Part shown: positions 18,493-28,833 of the stretch, in pieces
Numbering within the stretch: position 1 is the stretch's first letter
Layout of the letters: every line of letters begins with the position of its first letter
Position numbers and translations under genes: made by a program
IMG/VR virus record: IMGVR_UViG_3300044818_000012
Span: 1 to 49,768 of that record
Direction: 5' to 3' (one strand)
Length of the DNA stretch: 49,768 nucleotides
Source: a virus
Taxonomy: Duplodnaviria > Caudoviricetes
Notes under the pieces: generated by a model
Databases searched by the model: none
Told to the model about the DNA's origin: nothing
The model's input: the letters and a program-made list of their open reading frames with translations, nothing else

Positions 18493-19209
18493 TTACTCCT
18501 GACGGGTACCGTCGGCCATGGCCTGACGTTGAGCCAGGTCTTTCAGCTCACCTTTGGTCAGCGGCGGCAGAACCTGGATGTTGAAGGCTGGAACGTTTCG
18601 TGGGGTCACGACTTCAATGCCAGCACGACCGGTCTTCTCGCGGTCGAACACCATGTATTCCTTTTCAGCCAGCACGTCGTACAGCACCTTCTCGATGTGC
18701 CATTCACGGTTGAATGGAATGAAACGCTGGATGGTGCCGAAGTTGCGGTTGGATACGCAGATCAGCTCGCCTTTCAGGTTCTTCTTCTGTGGGTCCATGC
18801 AGGACACACGCACGCGAACCAGTGCCATCGCTTCACGGCGCAGACGGTTCTTACGTTGGCCTTCAGTTTCCGGGCCGGCATCAACCGGAGCCTCGTTCAT
18901 GGCATCGGCCAGCGAAGGCATCTTGGTGACTTCAACCGGGGACTTGATCTCGCTCTCGACTGGCGCTACCGGAGCAACGGCTGGGGCAGCTTCAACTGCT
19001 TTAACAGCAGGAGCTGGTGCGGCTACTGGAGCTGGCTGGGTAACAGGAGCGGTAGTTGGTTCGGTCACTGGCTTAACGCCTTCAATTGCAGCGTTCACGA
19101 CTTCGCGGAGCTTTTCTACGCCCCAACGACCGTCAATGGTAATCCCCAGCTTTGCAGCTCGGGCTTTAAGGGATTCGAGTTCATCAGGTACTGCGTTTAC
19201 TTCATCCAT
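18493..19209 (-). CDS. N4 gp55-like protein
   Basis: GGAG RBS before ATG 19209. Pro/Ala linker and C-terminal LVRVRVSCMDPQK...VLPPLT motif. Follows the major capsid gene. Confidence 0.75.
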   Translation of the reverse strand: MDEVNAVPDELESLKARAAKLGITIDGRWGVEKLREVVNAAIEGVKPVTEPTTAPVTQPAPVAAPAPAVKAVEAAPAVAPVAPVESEIKSPVEVTKMPSLADAMNEAPVDAGPETEGQRKNRLRREAMALVRVRVSCMDPQKKNLKGELICVSNRNFGTIQRFIPFNREWHIEKVLYDVLAEKEYMVFDREKTGRAGIEVVTPRNVPAFNIQVLPPLTKGELKDLAQRQAMADGTRQE

Positions 19210-19242
19210 TGTGTTTCTCCAGAAACGGTGCGAGTTGTACCC

Positions 19243-19264
19243 AAAAGGGGAGCCGAAGCTCCCC
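19243..19264 (-). terminator. intrinsic terminator after the major capsid gene
   Basis: Minus strand reads GGGGAGC-TTCG-GCTCCCC-TTTT. Confidence 0.85.
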
Positions 19265-19284
19265 AAATGGTGTTGCAGTTACCC

Positions 19285-20475
19285 TTACAGGTAAGCGATG
19301 GTCTTGATCAGACCGATACGCTCGGAACGCAGGGTCATGAAGCCGTAGTACCACTTGATGGCCATGAAGCCCATTTCGCCGTACGGATCCAGGCGGTCAG
19401 CAGTTTCAACGCCCGGAAGCTTCTTGATGATCTTGAACTTCACCGATTTACCGTCGGTTTGGAAACCAATGGTAGTGAAAGACCCGTCACCGATGCAAAG
19501 CATTGGGAACACGTCGTAGTTGGTACCGTTGTCGTGGCTGGACGAATCGCCAACTTCAAGAACTGCACCAGCGCCAGCCCACTTCAGCATTTCCGGCACG
19601 ATGATGATACGGAACTCATCTATCTGGCCGATTTCGCCGATCAGAGTTTCACCACCAGCCGCGTACTTCTCGACCGAGATGAATGCCGGGTTGTTGTGCA
19701 GGTCTTTCATCGCTTTCAGAGTTGGGATCAACTCGGAACCGCAATGCAGAGGACGAGCGCCCGGGATGGTACGGGTGTCGGTCAGACGGGTACCGTTGAT
19801 CTGCGTAATGGTACGCGGAGTACGGTTGTTGGTCAGTTGGATGCCCAGACGCAACAGGTCGTCGTAAGTGACGACATCGTCTTTGCCCAGAGTGGCGGTG
19901 GAGGTTGCATCGCCAGCGTAACGAATTACACCAGCAGCGTTCAGGATGTCGATCTGCAAAGCAGCTTCGGACATCTGGTGAGCACCGTTCACCATTTCAC
20001 GGGTGATGTGCATGTCCAGCTCTTCGTCGCTATCGAAATCCAGCGATTCTTGAGTGAACTCTTCGTAGAAACCGAACTTTTCCAGCGTGCCTTCCAGTTC
20101 GATACGGGTGAAACCAACGCGGTTAACGCGGCCACCATGTTCGGTCAGAGCTGGTAGTTTACCGGTGATGACACCGATATCTTTGCTGGAGCCGTACAGG
20201 TTGCCGTTGGCGATGGTTGCGCCGTTCGCATTAATACCCTGGTCGTTGACGTTACGGTCGTCGAGCAGTGGGATGTAGTGGAACTTGGTGATCTTCTTGC
20301 CCATGTTTTTCGGCATGACGGTAACGTCGGCCAGTTGGGTGAAGAACTGTTCACGGCGTGCTTCGATCAACGCCTGTTTCTGGTGGTACTCTTCATAGGC
20401 CTGTGGGCCGATGCTGGACGGTGTGCCTGGTGGGGCATTATACGAAGCCGGGGTGTAAGTATTTGGAGCTGCCAT
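19285..20475 (-). CDS. major capsid protein (N4 gp56-like)
   Basis: 396 aa with N4-type motifs [33 protein letters not shown] and DPYGEMGF. Confidence 0.95.
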   Translation of the reverse strand: MAAPNTYTPASYNAPPGTPSSIGPQAYEEYHQKQALIEARREQFFTQLADVTVMPKNMGKKITKFHYIPLLDDRNVNDQGINANGATIANGNLYGSSKDIGVITGKLPALTEHGGRVNRVGFTRIELEGTLEKFGFYEEFTQESLDFDSDEELDMHITREMVNGAHQMSEAALQIDILNAAGVIRYAGDATSTATLGKDDVVTYDDLLRLGIQLTNNRTPRTITQINGTRLTDTRTIPGARPLHCGSELIPTLKAMKDLHNNPAFISVEKYAAGGETLIGEIGQIDEFRIIIVPEMLKWAGAGAVLEVGDSSSHDNGTNYDVFPMLCIGDGSFTTIGFQTDGKSVKFKIIKKLPGVETADRLDPYGEMGFMAIKWYYGFMTLRSERIGLIKTIAYL

Positions 20476-20490
20476 CGCGGGTTTTCCTTA

Positions 20491-21672
20491 TTACGGTTTG
20501 GATTGCTTCAAGAAATCTGCATCGCTCATCGAGAGGAAGTCAGGTTTCTTCGCTTCTTGTGTTGCAGTCGTTGCACCCTTCGAAGGGGCAGCAGCGCGAC
20601 GGCGTTCCTCATCGGCCTTCGTAGCCGGCGAAGTCTTTTTGCCCGGAGTGACCAGCTTGGTAACTGGACCCTTCGGAGCCGGGGCGTTGAATGCACCAGC
20701 TTCGGCCATCTTCTGACCGATCTCGTTGTATGCCTGCATTACCGGCACACCAGTCAACGCGCCCAATACCTGTTGCCGATTGACTTCGTCCATGATTTTG
20801 TCATAAACGCCTGAATCCATCTGCTCAGTGAGCTGTTTCAGCGCTTGAGGGTGGCTACCCAACAATGCCTGGGACTTTTGGTCCCAAGTCTTCATTTCGC
20901 CAACAAGGCGAGTGAAGTGAGTAGTACCTTCAATTTCTGCTACAACTTCGTCGAGGTCCAGGGATGCTGCACTAGGTGCGCGAGATTCTGCGCGGTATGC
21001 TGCAACTTTGTCGTCGTCGATGTCGTGAACGTCAATCTTTGATTCTTTCAGCAACTTACCGATAGCTTCGGGCTTTCCGGCCATCAAGTCAACAGCAAAC
21101 GCCAACTTTTCATGGTCAAGTAGGCCATTCTGCTCAAGAACTTTCACATATGCGCGATCTTTCTTGGCAACAGCCTGTTTCTGCGAATAGTTGGCACCCA
21201 TCTGCATAAGACGGATTGCTTCGTCCACAGACTTCACTTGCATGTCGCGACCGTTCGCACGGAAGGTCTCGAAGATACGACCAGCGCCTTCAGGCAAACC
21301 AGTGTCAGAAGGAGTAGAGGCAGCAGTTTCGGCCTTCTTTACTTCTGGTTTGGTGATTGGTTGACCATCAGCGCCCAGTTTTGGCTGAGTTTGATCATTC
21401 GCGTCAGTATCGTATGCAAATGTGCCGCTTTCTTCCTGCTCGCTCCCTTCATTCTCCGTTTCGCTTTCTTGGTTTGCTTCTTCGGAAACATTTGCAGCAA
21501 CATTAGCTGCATTGCCTTCTTCGGTGGCAAGTGCCTCGGCGGCAGCAGTGGCGTCTGCATTGGAAGTTTCCTCAGTAGTCGTGGACTCTGTGGTAGCAGC
21601 CTGCGCTTCAGCCAACTTGCCAGCGCCTTGCGCCATGAAGTCAGCATCGGACATCGTCAGGAAGTCAGACAT
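20491..21672 (-). CDS. N4 gp57-like protein (scaffold-like; often annotated tape measure)
   Basis: Acidic N-terminus, FRANGRDMQV...LMQMGANY motif, LxMSDADF at both ends, upstream of the capsid gene. Confidence 0.75.
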   Translation of the reverse strand: MSDFLTMSDADFMAQGAGKLAEAQAATTESTTTEETSNADATAAAEALATEEGNAANVAANVSEEANQESETENEGSEQEESGTFAYDTDANDQTQPKLGADGQPITKPEVKKAETAASTPSDTGLPEGAGRIFETFRANGRDMQVKSVDEAIRLMQMGANYSQKQAVAKKDRAYVKVLEQNGLLDHEKLAFAVDLMAGKPEAIGKLLKESKIDVHDIDDDKVAAYRAESRAPSAASLDLDEVVAEIEGTTHFTRLVGEMKTWDQKSQALLGSHPQALKQLTEQMDSGVYDKIMDEVNRQQVLGALTGVPVMQAYNEIGQKMAEAGAFNAPAPKGPVTKLVTPGKKTSPATKADEERRRAAAPSKGATTATQEAKKPDFLSMSDADFLKQSKP

Positions 21673-21675
21673 AGG

Positions 21676-22017
21676 TTAAACCTCCAAGTCTGCGACGAGT
21701 TCTTCTTGCAGCAACTCTTCGTGTTCGACCAGGGTACGCTGAGCCACTTCAGCGGAAGTGCGGATAGTGCGGAAGTGCGCGTTCAATTGCGCAATAGCAG
21801 ACAGGTCACGCACGACATTGTCGCGGGCCTGTGGAGTTTCGCACGCCGGGTCAGCCAGCAGCAGGGTCAGACGGTGCGATTCACGCTCCATGTAACCTTT
21901 CATGATCAGTGCGGTGAAATCGGGGTTTTCCAGCAAACGATTGAGCGCTTTGCCGCGTTCAATAACTTCTTTGCATTGTTCGATGGTGATTTCAATTTGT
22001 TTGACGGCATTGCCCAT
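21676..22017 (-). CDS. N4 gp58-like protein
   Basis: 113 aa with ALNRLLENPDF motif, located between portal and gp57. Confidence 0.75.
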   Translation of the reverse strand: MGNAVKQIEITIEQCKEVIERGKALNRLLENPDFTALIMKGYMERESHRLTLLLADPACETPQARDNVVRDLSAIAQLNAHFRTIRTSAEVAQRTLVEHEELLQEELVADLEV

Positions 22018-22044
22018 TTGGGGTGCTCCTTGGTGAAATTAGAG

Positions 22045-22064
22045 GGGACTTCGTGAGAAGTCCC
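22045..22064. other. intergenic stem-loop
   Basis: GGGACTTC-GTGA-GAAGTCCC. There is no clear U tract, so it may be a processing or stability element. Confidence 0.5.
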
Positions 22065-22082
22065 GCATATTACCGATTGTCG

Positions 22083-24236
22083 TTACGAAGCGCTAGGCTT
22101 ATTCATTTGGCTGGCCTCTTGTTGACGGATAACCGACTGAACTGCCTGCAATCGTGCCTGACCTTCTGCTTGACGGTCAAGTGACTGCAAGTTGCGCTCT
22201 TGTGCTACGCCAGACTCTTGTTCAAGGAAGTCGAGATTAGTTTTGTCAGCGTTCGCATTCAATGCGTTGGCTTTCGCAACTTCGGTGCCTTGTTTCACAG
22301 AAGAGAGCTGCGCGCCGGTTGCATAGTGTGCGGCCTTGGCTTGCTCGGTAGCGATCTGCGCTTGCAGCAATTGCAGCTCCAACTGAACCTTCGCCTGTTC
22401 CATCGGGTCTGGTTCTGGCTGGTAGTCCGTGATCTTCTTCGCCAAGTCCGGCATTTTGCGCAGACGGGCGATATCAGCCAGGATCATAGAAGTCACGCCC
22501 CAGCCGGCGTTCGGGCCAACCGTTTGCAGCATGAACGACAGTTCTTGTGCCTTGGCGTTGTCTTCTTCGGCGGTCGAGATACCCAGACTGATGTCGAAGT
22601 TACCCGGCAAGTCGTCACGACGGATCTCTACGAACGATTGGTTGGTAACCCGGATGACCTCGCGGTCTTCAAGGAACACAGCGTTCATTGCGATGATCTT
22701 GCGCCCGGCTTTGACCACACCTGCGGCTATACGCCGGAGAATGCCCAACTCACGCTTGGATGCAGCGTCCAGTGCACCACGCACACCAGTTGCTGTATCA
22801 CCCAGAGACGAACCGCTCAAACCAGCAGAGAAAGCCTGTACCCCGGTCATGGCCTCCGCTTGTTGGTTCTGACTCTGCACCATCTGCCAGGCAGAGGTCG
22901 GCAACTCTTGGAAGGTATGGGTGTGGATCGCAGTTCGCGGGTCATTGCCCGGGTTGAACTGATAGTCCCGCCCTTCTTCGAACTTGCGCTGGTTCACCGC
23001 ATCGAGCGCACCTTTCGCGATACCAGTCTGGCCGTTGGCAGACTTCGCCAGTACGTCGATCATTCCGCGCTGAACTGCACCGATCGTCTTCTGGTTTTCA
23101 ATCAGCAGCGAACCATCGCTCTCACCGTAGACCGATTCGAACACGGGCAGGTAAGGGATCGCCACAAACGGAATGCAGTTGTCTGGGAACGGGTTCTCTT
23201 CCATACGGATCAGAACATCGCCTGCCCATGCTGCAACGAACGGAGTCAGGTCACCTTTACCGTGAACATCGCGGTAACCCCAGTATTCGTACACAACGAA
23301 CTTGGTTCGTGCCTTATCCGCGAAGTTGAAGGTCTTGTCCTTCGCGTTCACCGCATAGTCGGGCTCGGACAACGGATTCGACTGGTCAGCTTTGATCTTG
23401 TCGAGGTTCTTGTAACGACCATCCTTTTTCAGATCAGCTTGACTGGAAAGGAACTTGTGCACCACGAACCCGGCGTTTTCCAACACACCGTTGCAGGAAG
23501 GATCGACGATGACGTTCTTGTGCGATACCACCTCCAAAGTGGGGTGGTTTGCCAGAACTTCTTCGTATTCTTCTTCGATCATCCCGACTTGGTACGGAGC
23601 ATAAGGAATACCGTCGGTTTCATATGTTTCGTGGGCGAGACGGTAGCCTTCGTCCACTTCGAAGTATTGCGACGGGGATTCAGCCTTGAGCTGATCCAGT
23701 TGCTGCATGATTGGCAGGTATTCCGGGTTCGAGGTTAACTCGTACTGTGGAACCATGCGCTTGGACTTCTTTACCTCACGCTTCCAGCCCACCTTGAGGA
23801 ATGCCACCCCGGTATCCACGGCACAGCGCACCATCGTGTCGACCAAGTGCTGCTTGTCGATGCGAGTGTTCAACTGGTTGTTGAGCAGCAGACCATTCTG
23901 GATCGCCGCGTTCCGATCTTCCCATGTCACTGGCTTCAGTTCGAAGATGTCCGGGGACGACAGGAAAGGTTCGGACAGCGAAGCATACCGCCACTCTGCC
24001 TGCTGACGGATCGTCTTTGGCTGCACCTGAGACTTGTTCTTTAGCTTCGGCGCAGCACCCTGGCCCTTGGTGTGGAGATAGTCCAACCAAGTGTCAATCT
24101 GTTGAACCTGTGCGTTATGGGAGTTATTCGAGCCCTCAACGTCAGCCTTCAGCTCAGAAAGGGTTGGTTCTTTCGGCCAATCCGTTAAGCTATGCTCGTT
24201 CTTAGTAACGAGCGGTTGTTGTTCATCAAGTGCCAT
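22083..24236 (-). CDS. portal protein (N4 gp59-like)
   Basis: AGGAG RBS before ATG 24236. Motifs IRQQAEWRYASLSEPFL, YEYWG and ALDAASKRE. Confidence 0.92.
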   Translation of the reverse strand: MALDEQQPLVTKNEHSLTDWPKEPTLSELKADVEGSNNSHNAQVQQIDTWLDYLHTKGQGAAPKLKNKSQVQPKTIRQQAEWRYASLSEPFLSSPDIFELKPVTWEDRNAAIQNGLLLNNQLNTRIDKQHLVDTMVRCAVDTGVAFLKVGWKREVKKSKRMVPQYELTSNPEYLPIMQQLDQLKAESPSQYFEVDEGYRLAHETYETDGIPYAPYQVGMIEEEYEEVLANHPTLEVVSHKNVIVDPSCNGVLENAGFVVHKFLSSQADLKKDGRYKNLDKIKADQSNPLSEPDYAVNAKDKTFNFADKARTKFVVYEYWGYRDVHGKGDLTPFVAAWAGDVLIRMEENPFPDNCIPFVAIPYLPVFESVYGESDGSLLIENQKTIGAVQRGMIDVLAKSANGQTGIAKGALDAVNQRKFEEGRDYQFNPGNDPRTAIHTHTFQELPTSAWQMVQSQNQQAEAMTGVQAFSAGLSGSSLGDTATGVRGALDAASKRELGILRRIAAGVVKAGRKIIAMNAVFLEDREVIRVTNQSFVEIRRDDLPGNFDISLGISTAEEDNAKAQELSFMLQTVGPNAGWGVTSMILADIARLRKMPDLAKKITDYQPEPDPMEQAKVQLELQLLQAQIATEQAKAAHYATGAQLSSVKQGTEVAKANALNANADKTNLDFLEQESGVAQERNLQSLDRQAEGQARLQAVQSVIRQQEASQMNKPSAS

Positions 24237-24273
24237 TGGCACATCTCCTAAACCAGTAAAGGAACGCATCATA

Positions 24274-24699
24274 GTGGAAATCATCAAACTTCACCCGGAT
24301 TTGATCACACCAACACGCGGAACGGAAGGTGCAGCAGGTTATGACCTGTATATGCCTAAACCCGGTACATCTGTGAGTGGTAATGCTGAATTGCACGGGC
24401 TTGGCTTCGCTGCCAAGGTTCCTGCCGGACATGCTGCCCTTATTCTGCCACGCTCAGGTGCAGGCGTGAAATCAGGTATCCGTTTGGGCAATACCTGCGG
24501 GGTAATAGATTCCGACTACGAAGGCGAATGGAAGGTGAACATTCAGGGGCGTGCGGGGGATTGTGTGCAGTGGGCAGCAGGCGAGCGCCTGTTTCAGTTC
24601 GTTGTTGTGCCAGTTGTGACACCAGAGCTACAATTCGTGAGCGAATTCAGTGAATCGAGCAACCGCGGTGCGGGCGGCTTCGGTTCTACCGGAAAATAA
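24274..24699 (+). CDS. dut: trimeric dUTPase
   Basis: Motifs AAGYDL, PRSG, GVIDSDYEGE, RLFQ and RGAGGFGSTG. Confidence 0.93.
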   Translation: MEIIKLHPDLITPTRGTEGAAGYDLYMPKPGTSVSGNAELHGLGFAAKVPAGHAALILPRSGAGVKSGIRLGNTCGVIDSDYEGEWKVNIQGRAGDCVQWAAGERLFQFVVVPVVTPELQFVSEFSESSNRGAGGFGSTGK

Positions 24700-24758
24700 T
24701 TCTGTACCGTTGCGAAGAACGGTGCGAACAGGCGGGAGAGTAATCCCGCCACCTATTC

Positions 24759-24794
24759 AAAAAGAAAGGAGCCGATTGGCTCCTTTTTTGTTTT
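24759..24794. terminator. bidirectional intrinsic terminator
   Basis: AAAAAGAAAGGAGCC-GATT-GGCTCCTTTTTTGTTTT between convergent genes. Two more hairpins lie just upstream (24706-24723, 24731-24750). Confidence 0.8.
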
Positions 24795-25458
24795 ATGCCC
24801 AGCCACCTCGTCGAAGTTGGCCCAGATCCCGCTGGAAGTCCATATCCATACCGACTTCCTCTAAACGCGCACACTCGGCGTTGAACAAACCAAGGAAAGC
24901 ATTCACCCGGTAGGTTCCGTCGGTCAGGCCCACCGGTGTGTGTAAACGGCTGGCCACATACAGGCACAATGCCCAGACGTAGGCCATCGGCAGTTCCACC
25001 TCCACCATCTCCGGGTCCAGATCACCGTAGCAGTCGCCAATCTTGATTGGCAACGAACGGTACATGACATTGACCTGCACCAGCGGATGCACCGTGCGCA
25101 GATACTCCGGCACCTCGAAGACGAACTGGTTACGGAAGCTCAGCGAGCAATCGGTGAAGTCGTTGACCCGAAGGTCACGGCCGCATTCATCGGTCACCTT
25201 ATGCAGTTGCAGGAATCGACCCCGTACCTGCGGATCTACCGCGGTCATGTCGTACACCGAAACCAGCGGATCAATCGGTACCTCGACCTTGCCGATCTTC
25301 AGGTCGAAGCGGGTGTGCAGGTCAACCAACCCTTGGTTCATCACATCGACGATACCCTGGTACTGCTCAGCCTTGATCTTGCCCGTGACAGGATCGGTAC
25401 AGCTCAGTTGTTTCAGCTCACTGGTTTCCAGTTGGCTTAAAATGTAGGACAGTTTCAT
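24793..25458 (-). CDS. head-tail adaptor/virion protein (N4 gp67-like)
   Basis: 221 aa with NQGLVDLHTRF and ALCLYVASR motifs, adjacent to terminase. Confidence 0.75.
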   Translation of the reverse strand: MKLSYILSQLETSELKQLSCTDPVTGKIKAEQYQGIVDVMNQGLVDLHTRFDLKIGKVEVPIDPLVSVYDMTAVDPQVRGRFLQLHKVTDECGRDLRVNDFTDCSLSFRNQFVFEVPEYLRTVHPLVQVNVMYRSLPIKIGDCYGDLDPEMVEVELPMAYVWALCLYVASRLHTPVGLTDGTYRVNAFLGLFNAECARLEEVGMDMDFQRDLGQLRRGGWA

Positions 25459-25465
25459 TAATACC

Positions 25466-27130
25466 TCACGCTAAGTAGTTGGCCAGTGCCCCGGGCTCCG
25501 GCGCGTAGTCATCATCCCACATTCCCCCACCTTCGCGCTGCTCAATGTCCTGAGAGGTCGGCGCGACCGGACGCATGACCGAAAGCATCGAGATCGTGTC
25601 AATGAAGTCGTCTTTCTTCGAGCGGAACCCGCTTGCCGACGCAAGGCTCAACTCGTTGACCATTTCCATCATGACCGTACCTGTCTTGTCCTCTTCAGGG
25701 AAATAGATCTTGTGCAGCTTGAACAATGGCACAACCGTGTTGAATCGCTGCATCTTGTTGGTATTCGGTCGAATACCCGGCTTGGAGCTGTTGTTCTCCG
25801 AAGTCAGCACAAAGAAGATGTTCTTCTGGATCATCATGTCCTGAATCCAAGGAATGAAACCAGATTGCTGACCAGATACCTCAATACCAACGCCCATAGG
25901 CCGCCACTTCGAAACCAGTTCAAAGAGGTCAGTCAGGTTGGCAGACATGTCCTGTCGGCGGCAGATACCGTCCACCCAGTACCAGTCACCATTGTAGTTG
26001 TATGCCCACACGCTGATTACGCTGAAGTCGGCCGATTGCTTCTCGGAAGTTGCGAAGTCCGTGGTGATGTAGAAGTTGAAGTTCGATTTGAACTGCATCA
26101 CGTTCTTTTTGCGGTACCAACTGATCTCGCCGTCCTGAATCAGACGATCTTCGTCGGACATGATGCGAAGCATCAGTTCTTGGTTGAATGTGTCGACCTT
26201 GCCCACCTTCATTGCCGTATCGAACTTCTTCTTCACGAAGCTGTACGGGAAACGGTCAGGCCAGGCACCAAGGAAGTCTTCTTCCGCACAAGGGAACTGG
26301 TTGCACACAGGGTACACGTTCACCCGCCAAGCACCCGATTCCACCGCTTTATACAGCGGATCTTTGGCGTTGAAGGGTGTACCTGACCAGATGATCATGT
26401 TTCGCTGCGGATGCAGGGCGTGATCCACCGCTTTGTAGATTGTGTCCTCTACTGCGGCAATAACCGTTGGTGAACGTGCATCATCATCGGAAATCAAGTC
26501 ATCGAGCACCGCAAGACGCGGACGCTTACCCATTTCCTTGGAACCCCGCACACCGGTCTTGGCGCCATAGCCTTTGACAATGAACACGTTGCCATCAAGG
26601 TTTACGAACTTCCAACGGATATCCGTGAACTCGGTACCGCTTGGGTTGTCTGGAGACTTGGCCGGCATGTACTTCTTGAGGAAATCGCTATTCTCATAGC
26701 GAAACTCCAAGTTCTTGCGCATGTTCTTCACGCCGTTCTCCATACTGTCGGAAACGTACAGAGCCAGCTCAATCCGCCCGAAGTTCGGCAGCCCCCCGTA
26801 CATTCCGATGTAAAGGAACAGGTATTCACCCATAAGCGTGGTCTTTGCCGCACCTCGGAACACCATGTTGGCAATCCGAGGGAATCGGTTGACTTCACCC
26901 TTCTCGTCGTACTCAATGAACTCAATCTCATCAAGCATGTGCAAGTGCAGCACAGGTGTGGTGTTTTCCTCGCCTTGGCCACCATTCACCAGCTTAATGA
27001 AGGTTACGAACTCAAGTGCGAACTGAGAGGGCACATATGACGGATCCATTGCATAATCGACCCCATCAAGCCAACCATCTACAGATTTGTACACTTCATC
27101 AACCGCAACGATCATTTCGGTAACATTCAT
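25466..27130 (-). CDS. terL: terminase large subunit (N4 gp68-like)
   Basis: Walker A-like FRGAAKTT, Walker B LAVLDD, nuclease motifs ITTDFA and KDDFIDTISML. Confidence 0.95.
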   Translation of the reverse strand: MNVTEMIVAVDEVYKSVDGWLDGVDYAMDPSYVPSQFALEFVTFIKLVNGGQGEENTTPVLHLHMLDEIEFIEYDEKGEVNRFPRIANMVFRGAAKTTLMGEYLFLYIGMYGGLPNFGRIELALYVSDSMENGVKNMRKNLEFRYENSDFLKKYMPAKSPDNPSGTEFTDIRWKFVNLDGNVFIVKGYGAKTGVRGSKEMGKRPRLAVLDDLISDDDARSPTVIAAVEDTIYKAVDHALHPQRNMIIWSGTPFNAKDPLYKAVESGAWRVNVYPVCNQFPCAEEDFLGAWPDRFPYSFVKKKFDTAMKVGKVDTFNQELMLRIMSDEDRLIQDGEISWYRKKNVMQFKSNFNFYITTDFATSEKQSADFSVISVWAYNYNGDWYWVDGICRRQDMSANLTDLFELVSKWRPMGVGIEVSGQQSGFIPWIQDMMIQKNIFFVLTSENNSSKPGIRPNTNKMQRFNTVVPLFKLHKIYFPEEDKTGTVMMEMVNELSLASASGFRSKKDDFIDTISMLSVMRPVAPTSQDIEQREGGGMWDDDYAPEPGALANYLA

Positions 27131-27813
27131 TGCGGTGTGATCTCAAAGGGAAGGCGCTGAGCCGCGACCTCTTTGGCATTACCGAAACCACCTTCAATGA
27201 ACTGCCGCTGTTGCTCGGCCAGATCTTGCATTTGCTTTCGTACGGCACCCATGGTGTCGCCCACTTCCTCGCTGATATCTAGCGTGATCTTGGTCTTCTC
27301 CGGTTGCTTAAGTTGCCCCAGTACACTGTTCAGCGCCTCAACCCGCACCTTCTCACTCGACGCATTCATACCCAGGTCAAACTGCGCATTCAACGCCTGT
27401 TGATACATGTCCTGATTGCCGATCCACGCGGGGATCAACGCCTGCTCCATGATCAACGTTACCAGCTTCGACTTATTAAAAGCTGACACATACGAGCTGA
27501 TATCCTTCTGGCTTACGCCTCGCGCAACGAAGTCCTGATATTTATCAGGAAAGGTCGCAATGTACGCATCCAGATTACTCTTGTTCATCATCTTCTGCGT
27601 GACGTACTTCACGGCACCGAGATAACTCTCAAGCTTGAACTTCCCCTCACGCAGCACACTTGTGTGCCCAATCATGCGCTCACGGTAAGCTTCAGCCAGG
27701 TTCGGGTCAGCCAACAACGCATTGACCCCATCCATGACTTCTTGTGTAACATTCCCCCGGAACTGTGCCGGGAGCACCATCTTGAACTGTTCCGGTGTCA
27801 GTAAGTCAGTCAT
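27127..27813 (-). CDS. N4 gp69-like protein (putative terminase small subunit)
   Basis: YLGAVKYVT and SEKVRVEA motifs, ATGA overlap with terL. Confidence 0.7.
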   Translation of the reverse strand: MTDLLTPEQFKMVLPAQFRGNVTQEVMDGVNALLADPNLAEAYRERMIGHTSVLREGKFKLESYLGAVKYVTQKMMNKSNLDAYIATFPDKYQDFVARGVSQKDISSYVSAFNKSKLVTLIMEQALIPAWIGNQDMYQQALNAQFDLGMNASSEKVRVEALNSVLGQLKQPEKTKITLDISEEVGDTMGAVRKQMQDLAEQQRQFIEGGFGNAKEVAAQRLPFEITPQ

Positions 27814-28111
27814 CCGTTGCTACCCATAATTTTATGAAGTCTTCGTGCTCTACGTGCCAGATTGCTGACTTATCGAAACCAGTAAGGTCAGACTCACCAC
27901 TGCGCTGCAGAACCACCCAGTCACCCTGCTCAACAGTCTGCCAAGCGCCCGTTATCACACGAACCTCGACATTATGCTCGCTATCGTACCTTAGAGTACC
28001 GGTTTCTTCCAACAAGCGAAACCAAGAAGGCAAGGGATCAAATGGCCCGCCCATTCGTGCAGCGATGTACTGGTATGGACGATCCACCCGCTTGAAGTGT
28101 TGAACAGCCAT
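27806..28111 (-). CDS. hypothetical protein
   Basis: Overlaps the start of the gp69-like gene. Start is uncertain (28111, 28132 or 28141). Confidence 0.6.
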   Translation of the reverse strand: MAVQHFKRVDRPYQYIAARMGGPFDPLPSWFRLLEETGTLRYDSEHNVEVRVITGAWQTVEQGDWVVLQRSGESDLTGFDKSAIWHVEHEDFIKLWVATDD

Positions 28112-28314
28112 CGCTTCGCGTGCCTTCGGCATAGGAACCACCCGTCGTTGTCATAAGGGGGAGTATAGGTGCCATTCATCGCAGTAGGGTAGAAATTCTT
28201 CATAGACTGATCAACTCAGTACATATGTAACGGCTCACCCCCAAGCCGATCCACCCCCCCGGGGTCATCACTATTGAGTTTTCCTCAACTACCCACCACC
28301 CTTGGTGTCCTTAC

Positions 28315-28335
28315 GGGCCTGCGGCCCTGTCCAGG
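28315..28335 (+). promoter_or_regulatory. putative vRNAP hairpin promoter 1
   Basis: GGGCC-TGC-GGCCC-TGT-CCA-GG. The template-strand loop is GCA closed by C:G. Confidence 0.7.
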
Positions 28336-28426
28336 TACACTCCTGTACTGTCCATGGACTACAATTATGTTGATCACTGCGCTCTGTACGCTAACTATCA
28401 TTCATTACGTAGAGGATCTCCTTACC

Positions 28427-28447
28427 TAGCCTTCGGCCATGTGGTGG
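28427..28447 (+). promoter_or_regulatory. putative vRNAP hairpin promoter 2
   Basis: TAGCC-TTC-GGCCA-TGT-GGT-GG. Template loop GAA, imperfect outer stem. Confidence 0.6.
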
Positions 28448-28492
28448 ACACCAAGCGGTGTTCACCTTAAACCAACCGATTGGAGATACACC

Positions 28493-28807
28493 ATGTTCGC
28501 TCAATTCTTCGCAATGGCTGCCCAGTTCTTCCTGATGTTGACCAACCTGTTCACTGCTGGCACCAAGCTGTCCAATGCTGCTGTTCACTCTGCCTCTTGG
28601 GTAGAAGGTGCTGCTGAAGGCTTCAATGAGATCGCTACTCTCGAACGTAACGAGAAACTCGACACTCTCCGTGGCAAATATGACATCAACTCTCGCATCC
28701 GTGCTGCTGAGTCTGCCATCTCTGCCTCTGACCTGGCTGCCAAACTGGCTGCTCTCAAAGTCGAAGCTGAATCTGATAAACCAACCAAGCAATCCAAAGC
28801 TGCTTAA
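28493..28807 (+). CDS. first early gene, hypothetical protein
   Basis: GGAG RBS before ATG 28493, 104 aa, strongly biased codon usage. Confidence 0.8.
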   Translation: MFAQFFAMAAQFFLMLTNLFTAGTKLSNAAVHSASWVEGAAEGFNEIATLERNEKLDTLRGKYDINSRIRAAESAISASDLAAKLAALKVEAESDKPTKQSKAA

Positions 28808-28833
28808 TCCTTCGTAATCCTTAGGAGAATCCC

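Noticed and set aside
18073-23738. Long + strand ORFs opposite the capsid and portal genes
   Set aside because: Same antisense shadow effect over well-supported structural genes.
27991-28203. 70-aa minus-strand ORF near the genome junction
   Set aside because: It overlaps the better-supported 27806-28111 ORF by about 120 nt in another frame and has no clear RBS.
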